Origin: Macrostomum lignano
Taxonomy: Eukaryota
DNA: 64,000 bases
Reading direction: 5' to 3'
Assembly: GCA_002269645.1 (NCBI GenBank)
Contig: NIVC01002142.1
Location: 1 to 64,000, forward strand
The position numbers and the translations under genes were made by a program. Under the pieces are notes generated by a model. That model had not been told where the DNA came from. It searched no databases and saw only the letters and a program-made list of their open reading frames with translations. This document shows positions 60,768 to 64,000 of the stretch, piece after piece; positions within the stretch are counted from its first letter, which is position 1; every line of letters starts with the position of its first letter.

Positions 60768-60850
60768 GCCTGTCTGTCTGCCTGTCTGCCTGTCTGTCTG
60801 TCTGTCTGTCTGTCTGTCAGCCTTTCTGTCTGTCTGTCTGTCTGTCTGCC

Positions 60851-60885
<35 letters not shown>

Positions 60886-60978
60886 GTCTGTCTGCCTGCC
60901 TGTCTGTCTGCCTATCTGTCTGTCTGTCTGTCTGTCTGTCTCTGTCTGCCTGCTTGTCTGTCTGTATGCCTGTCTGCC

Positions 60979-61014
<36 letters not shown>

Positions 61015-61042
61015 AGCCTTTCTGTCTGTCTGTCTGTCTGAC

Positions 61043-61075
<33 letters not shown>

Positions 61076-61270
61076 GCCTGTCTGTCTTAGTGTCTGTCTG
61101 CCTGACTGTCTTAGTGTCTGTCTGTCTGTCTGTGTGTCTCTGTCTGCCTGTCTGTCTTAGTGTCTGTCTGTCTGTCTGTCTGTGTGTCTCTGTCTGTCTG
61201 TCTGTCTGTCTGTCTGCCTGTCTGTCTTAGTGTCTGTATGCCTGTCTGCCTGTCTGTCTGTCTGTGTGTC

Positions 61271-61301
<31 letters not shown>

Positions 61302-61324
61302 GCCTGTCTGTCTGTCTGTGTGTC

Positions 61325-61357
<33 letters not shown>

Positions 61358-61396
61358 ATGCCTGTCTGTCTGTCTGTCTGTCTGTCAGCCTGTCTC

Positions 61397-61437
<41 letters not shown>

Positions 61438-61486
61438 GTCTGTATGCCTGTCTGCCTGTCTGTCTGTCTGTCTGTCAGCCTGTCTT

Positions 61487-61531
<45 letters not shown>

Positions 61532-61532
61532 G

Positions 61533-61569
<37 letters not shown>

Positions 61570-61656
61570 GCCTGTCTGTCTGTCTGTCTTAGTGTCTGTC
61601 TGCCTGTCTGTCTTAGTGTCTGTATGCCTGTCTGCCTGTCTGTCTGTCTGTGTGTC

Positions 61657-61691
<35 letters not shown>

Positions 61692-61754
61692 GCCTGTCTG
61701 TCTGTCTGTCTGTCTGTATGCCTGTCTGTCTGTCTGTCTGTCTGTCTGTCAGCC

Positions 61755-61821
<67 letters not shown>

Positions 61822-61874
61822 GTCTGTATGCCTGTCTGCCTGTCTGTCTGTCTGTCTGTCTGTCAGCCTGTCTT

Positions 61875-61917
<43 letters not shown>

Positions 61918-62300
61918 GCCTGTCTGTCTCTCTGTATAAGGTGTGCCTCTCCGATTTACTTTGAACCGAGCGCGATGGGGTTGTATTAATCAAGCCGACA
62001 AAATCCCTCGTCGCCTCGCCAATTCCCATCGACACCAACCTCCTGCCCCACAGCAAGGCGAACAAGTTCGGCCGCCAGTCCTGGGTGATCTCCGCCATCA
62101 TCATCACGGAGACGCTCATTTCGGTGAAGTTCGACCCGGCCACCGTGACTAAGCCGCTGCCGCGTCACGTGATCATCATCTGGAGCGTGGGCTTCAGCCT
62201 GCTGTCCGCCTGGACGGTGTGGAACTTTTTTCTAAAGCGATTTTTCTACTCCCTGGCCGTTGCTAAGGAGACAGCGTCACCGAAAACGAAAGTCAATTGA
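54158..62300 (+). CDS. PTDSS2: Phosphatidylserine synthase 2. Exons 54158-54330, 55416-55668, 57979-58278, 58715-58833, 60218-60478, 62054-62300
   Basis: FFW|[47 protein letters not shown]|[14 protein letters not shown] and KFGRQSW motifs. Splice phases are consistent. Confidence 0.95.
54380..55330. repeat. ~39-42-bp minisatellite in PTDSS2 intron 1
   Basis: CATCCATGATATTGGCTAGATTAGCAATCCATTCTATTCCTT units. Confidence 0.93.
55785..56070. repeat. 21-bp minisatellite (TAGTGTACATTCACAGTATAG)
   Basis: Tandem units in PTDSS2 intron 2. Confidence 0.93.
56790..57705. repeat. ~33-bp minisatellite with higher-order structure (GATTGGCTGTGAAGAATCTGACAAGCTG)
   Basis: Tandem units, with a ~180-bp block repeated at about 57130-57590. 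Confidence 0.9.
57870..57952. repeat. (AG)n microsatellite just upstream of the PTDSS2 exon 3 acceptor
   Basis: Direct reading. Confidence 0.95.
58290..58470 (-). mobile_element. Second, internally deleted copy of the same SINE family
   Basis: Shared GTGCAACCGACAGCTCAGCCGCAGCTATTGCGC body, (AAT)n tail and CACCACTAGGCTAC head remnant. Confidence 0.55.
58850..59860. repeat. ~21-bp minisatellite (TCAGATTCAGTGAAATCCCCA)
   Basis: Tandem units in PTDSS2 intron 4. Confidence 0.93.
60490..61930. repeat. Compound (TCTG)n microsatellite in PTDSS2 intron 5
   Basis: About 1.4 kb of TCTG/CCTG; source of the SVCL-repeat ORFs. Confidence 0.97.
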
Positions 62301-62499
62301 GAACGCGGACTCTGCCGAGCAGGCCTTGCGTTTGGTGCAATCTCAAATTGGTGATTTGTGAACTATTTAAACTGCATTGGCATTCGCTGCTGGCTACTTA
62401 TAGTAGCGGCTTGCGTTTTACAGCAATGTTTTGTTTAATACTAAGAAAATTAATTTTAAATATTGGGCCAATCACTCAGCCGGTTACCGACTTGGGACT

Positions 62500-63240
62500 A
62501 ATCAATGAGCCCAATGACCGGACTGGGACTAATCAATGACCCAATTAATGAGCCCAATGACCGAACTGGGACTAATCAATGACCGAATCATGAGCCCAAT
62601 GACCGAACTGGGACTAATCAATGACCCAATTAATGAGCCCAATGACCGAACTGGGACTAATCAATGACCCAATTAATGAGCCCAATGACCGGACTGGGAC
62701 TAATCAATGACCCAATTAATGAGCCCAATGACCGAACTGGGACTAATCAATGACCCAATTAATGAGCCCAATGACCGAACTGGGACTAATCAATGACCCA
62801 ATTAATGAGCCCAATGACCGAACTGGGACTAATCAATGACCCAATTAATGAGCCCAATGACCGAACTGGGACTAATCAATGACCCAATTAATGAGCCCAA
62901 TGACCGAACTGGGACTAATCAATGACCCAATTAATGAGCCCAATGACCGAACTGGGACTAATCAATGACCCAATTAATGAGCCCAATGACCAGACTGGGA
63001 CTAATCAATGACCCAATTAATGAGCCCAATGACCGAACTGGGACTAATCAATGACCCAATTAATGAGCCCAATGACCGAACTGGGACTAATCAATGACCC
63101 AATTAATGAGCCCAATGACCGAACTGGGACTAATCAATGACCCAATTAATGAGCCCAATGACCGAACTAGGACTAATCAATGACCGAATCATGAGCCCAA
63201 TGACCGAACTGGGACTAATCAATGACCCAATTAATGAGCC
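62500..63240. repeat. ~43-bp minisatellite downstream of PTDSS2
   Basis: AATGAGCCCAATGACCGAACTGGGACTAATCAATGACCCAATT units. Confidence 0.95.
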
Positions 63241-64000
63241 TTTGGGTGTTGAGCCATGACCCGAATTCGGGCCATCCGTCTGCTCATGGTTAAAGGTGCA
63301 CAGTGCATTGGAGGCACAAAAGGTGAACAAAGTAGGAATTGGTGTATTGGTGGAGTGAAAGGTGAAAAAAAGGTGCACAGTGGGCACTTTAGGCGTAGAG
63401 GCAATGCAAGGGGCGTTCCTCACTATTCTTTGAACAGATTCAAAACTTTTCCTGAGTATTTGAAAGTCATTAAAACTTATCAGTATAGGAGATGTTTACT
63501 TTCGTGGTTTGTCAGGAGTTGGAAGGGGATAGCAGCGATTAGTATAGGTGTAAATGTAAATAAAGCTTTTCTATGTTATATCGGTGCGTGTAATGTACGA
63601 GTATGTAACTCTCAGTTAATTTTTTGTTACAAATTATTAATGCGTTAATATTCGTGCATAGGCATGGAAGGTGAGCGAGGTGCACAAAATAGGCACTTTA
63701 AGGGTATATTTCGAGCGTGTTTTGGAAATGCACCTGTATACATACCTTAGGTATTTACGCCGCACATGTACACCTTATGCACCTGCTGTGCCTCACTTGT
63801 GAGCCTGCTGTTCACCTTTTGCGCACCTCCAGTGCCCCTTACGCACCTTTACTGCCCCTACCGCCGCAACCAATTAAAATTGAGAATTCACCTACTGTCT
63901 GACCACTTCACCGATTTTACACCTTTCATGCCTCTTTTCAAAAATATTAGTGACATTTAGGCATAAAAGGTGCACTCAGTTGCATTTCCAAGCATTTCCA

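Noticed and set aside
63250-63990. Imperfect AAGGTG/CACCTT inverted repeats at the window end
   Set aside because: May be a foldback element, but the boundaries and TSD could not be defined and it is cut by the window edge.

Overview
Eukaryotic (invertebrate) genomic DNA. The minisatellite-filled introns and splice acceptors just before start codons suggest a flatworm such as Macrostomum, but this is inference only. (1) Bases 1 to about 11,356 are the right part of a Polinton/Maverick (adintovirus-like) element. It encodes pPolB (frameshifted near base 167), a TBP-like protein, a DEDD-like nuclease, two small conserved ORFs, packaging ATPase, adenain-like protease, major and minor capsid proteins, a basic core protein, a chromodomain integrase and a double-PC4 protein, and ends in a repeat-rich terminus. 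(2) Bases 11.5-30.7 kb hold three tandem minus-strand paralogs encoding an N-terminal helical region, a variable 10-aa repeat linker and 3-4 six-bladed NHL-like beta-propellers. Every intron I read in these genes is phase 2, and the Polinton sits in an intron of the third gene. (3) Bases 34.6-62.3 kb hold AVL9 (-), RMDN1 (+), an intronless HD-like/DUF5662-type ORF (-) and PTDSS2 (+), with many introns filled by private minisatellites. The best leads are the Polinton-borne TBP+PC4 transcription module, the modular and apparently homogenising multi-propeller array, and the intronless HD-like gene. All homology calls come from motif recognition by eye, and no searches were run.
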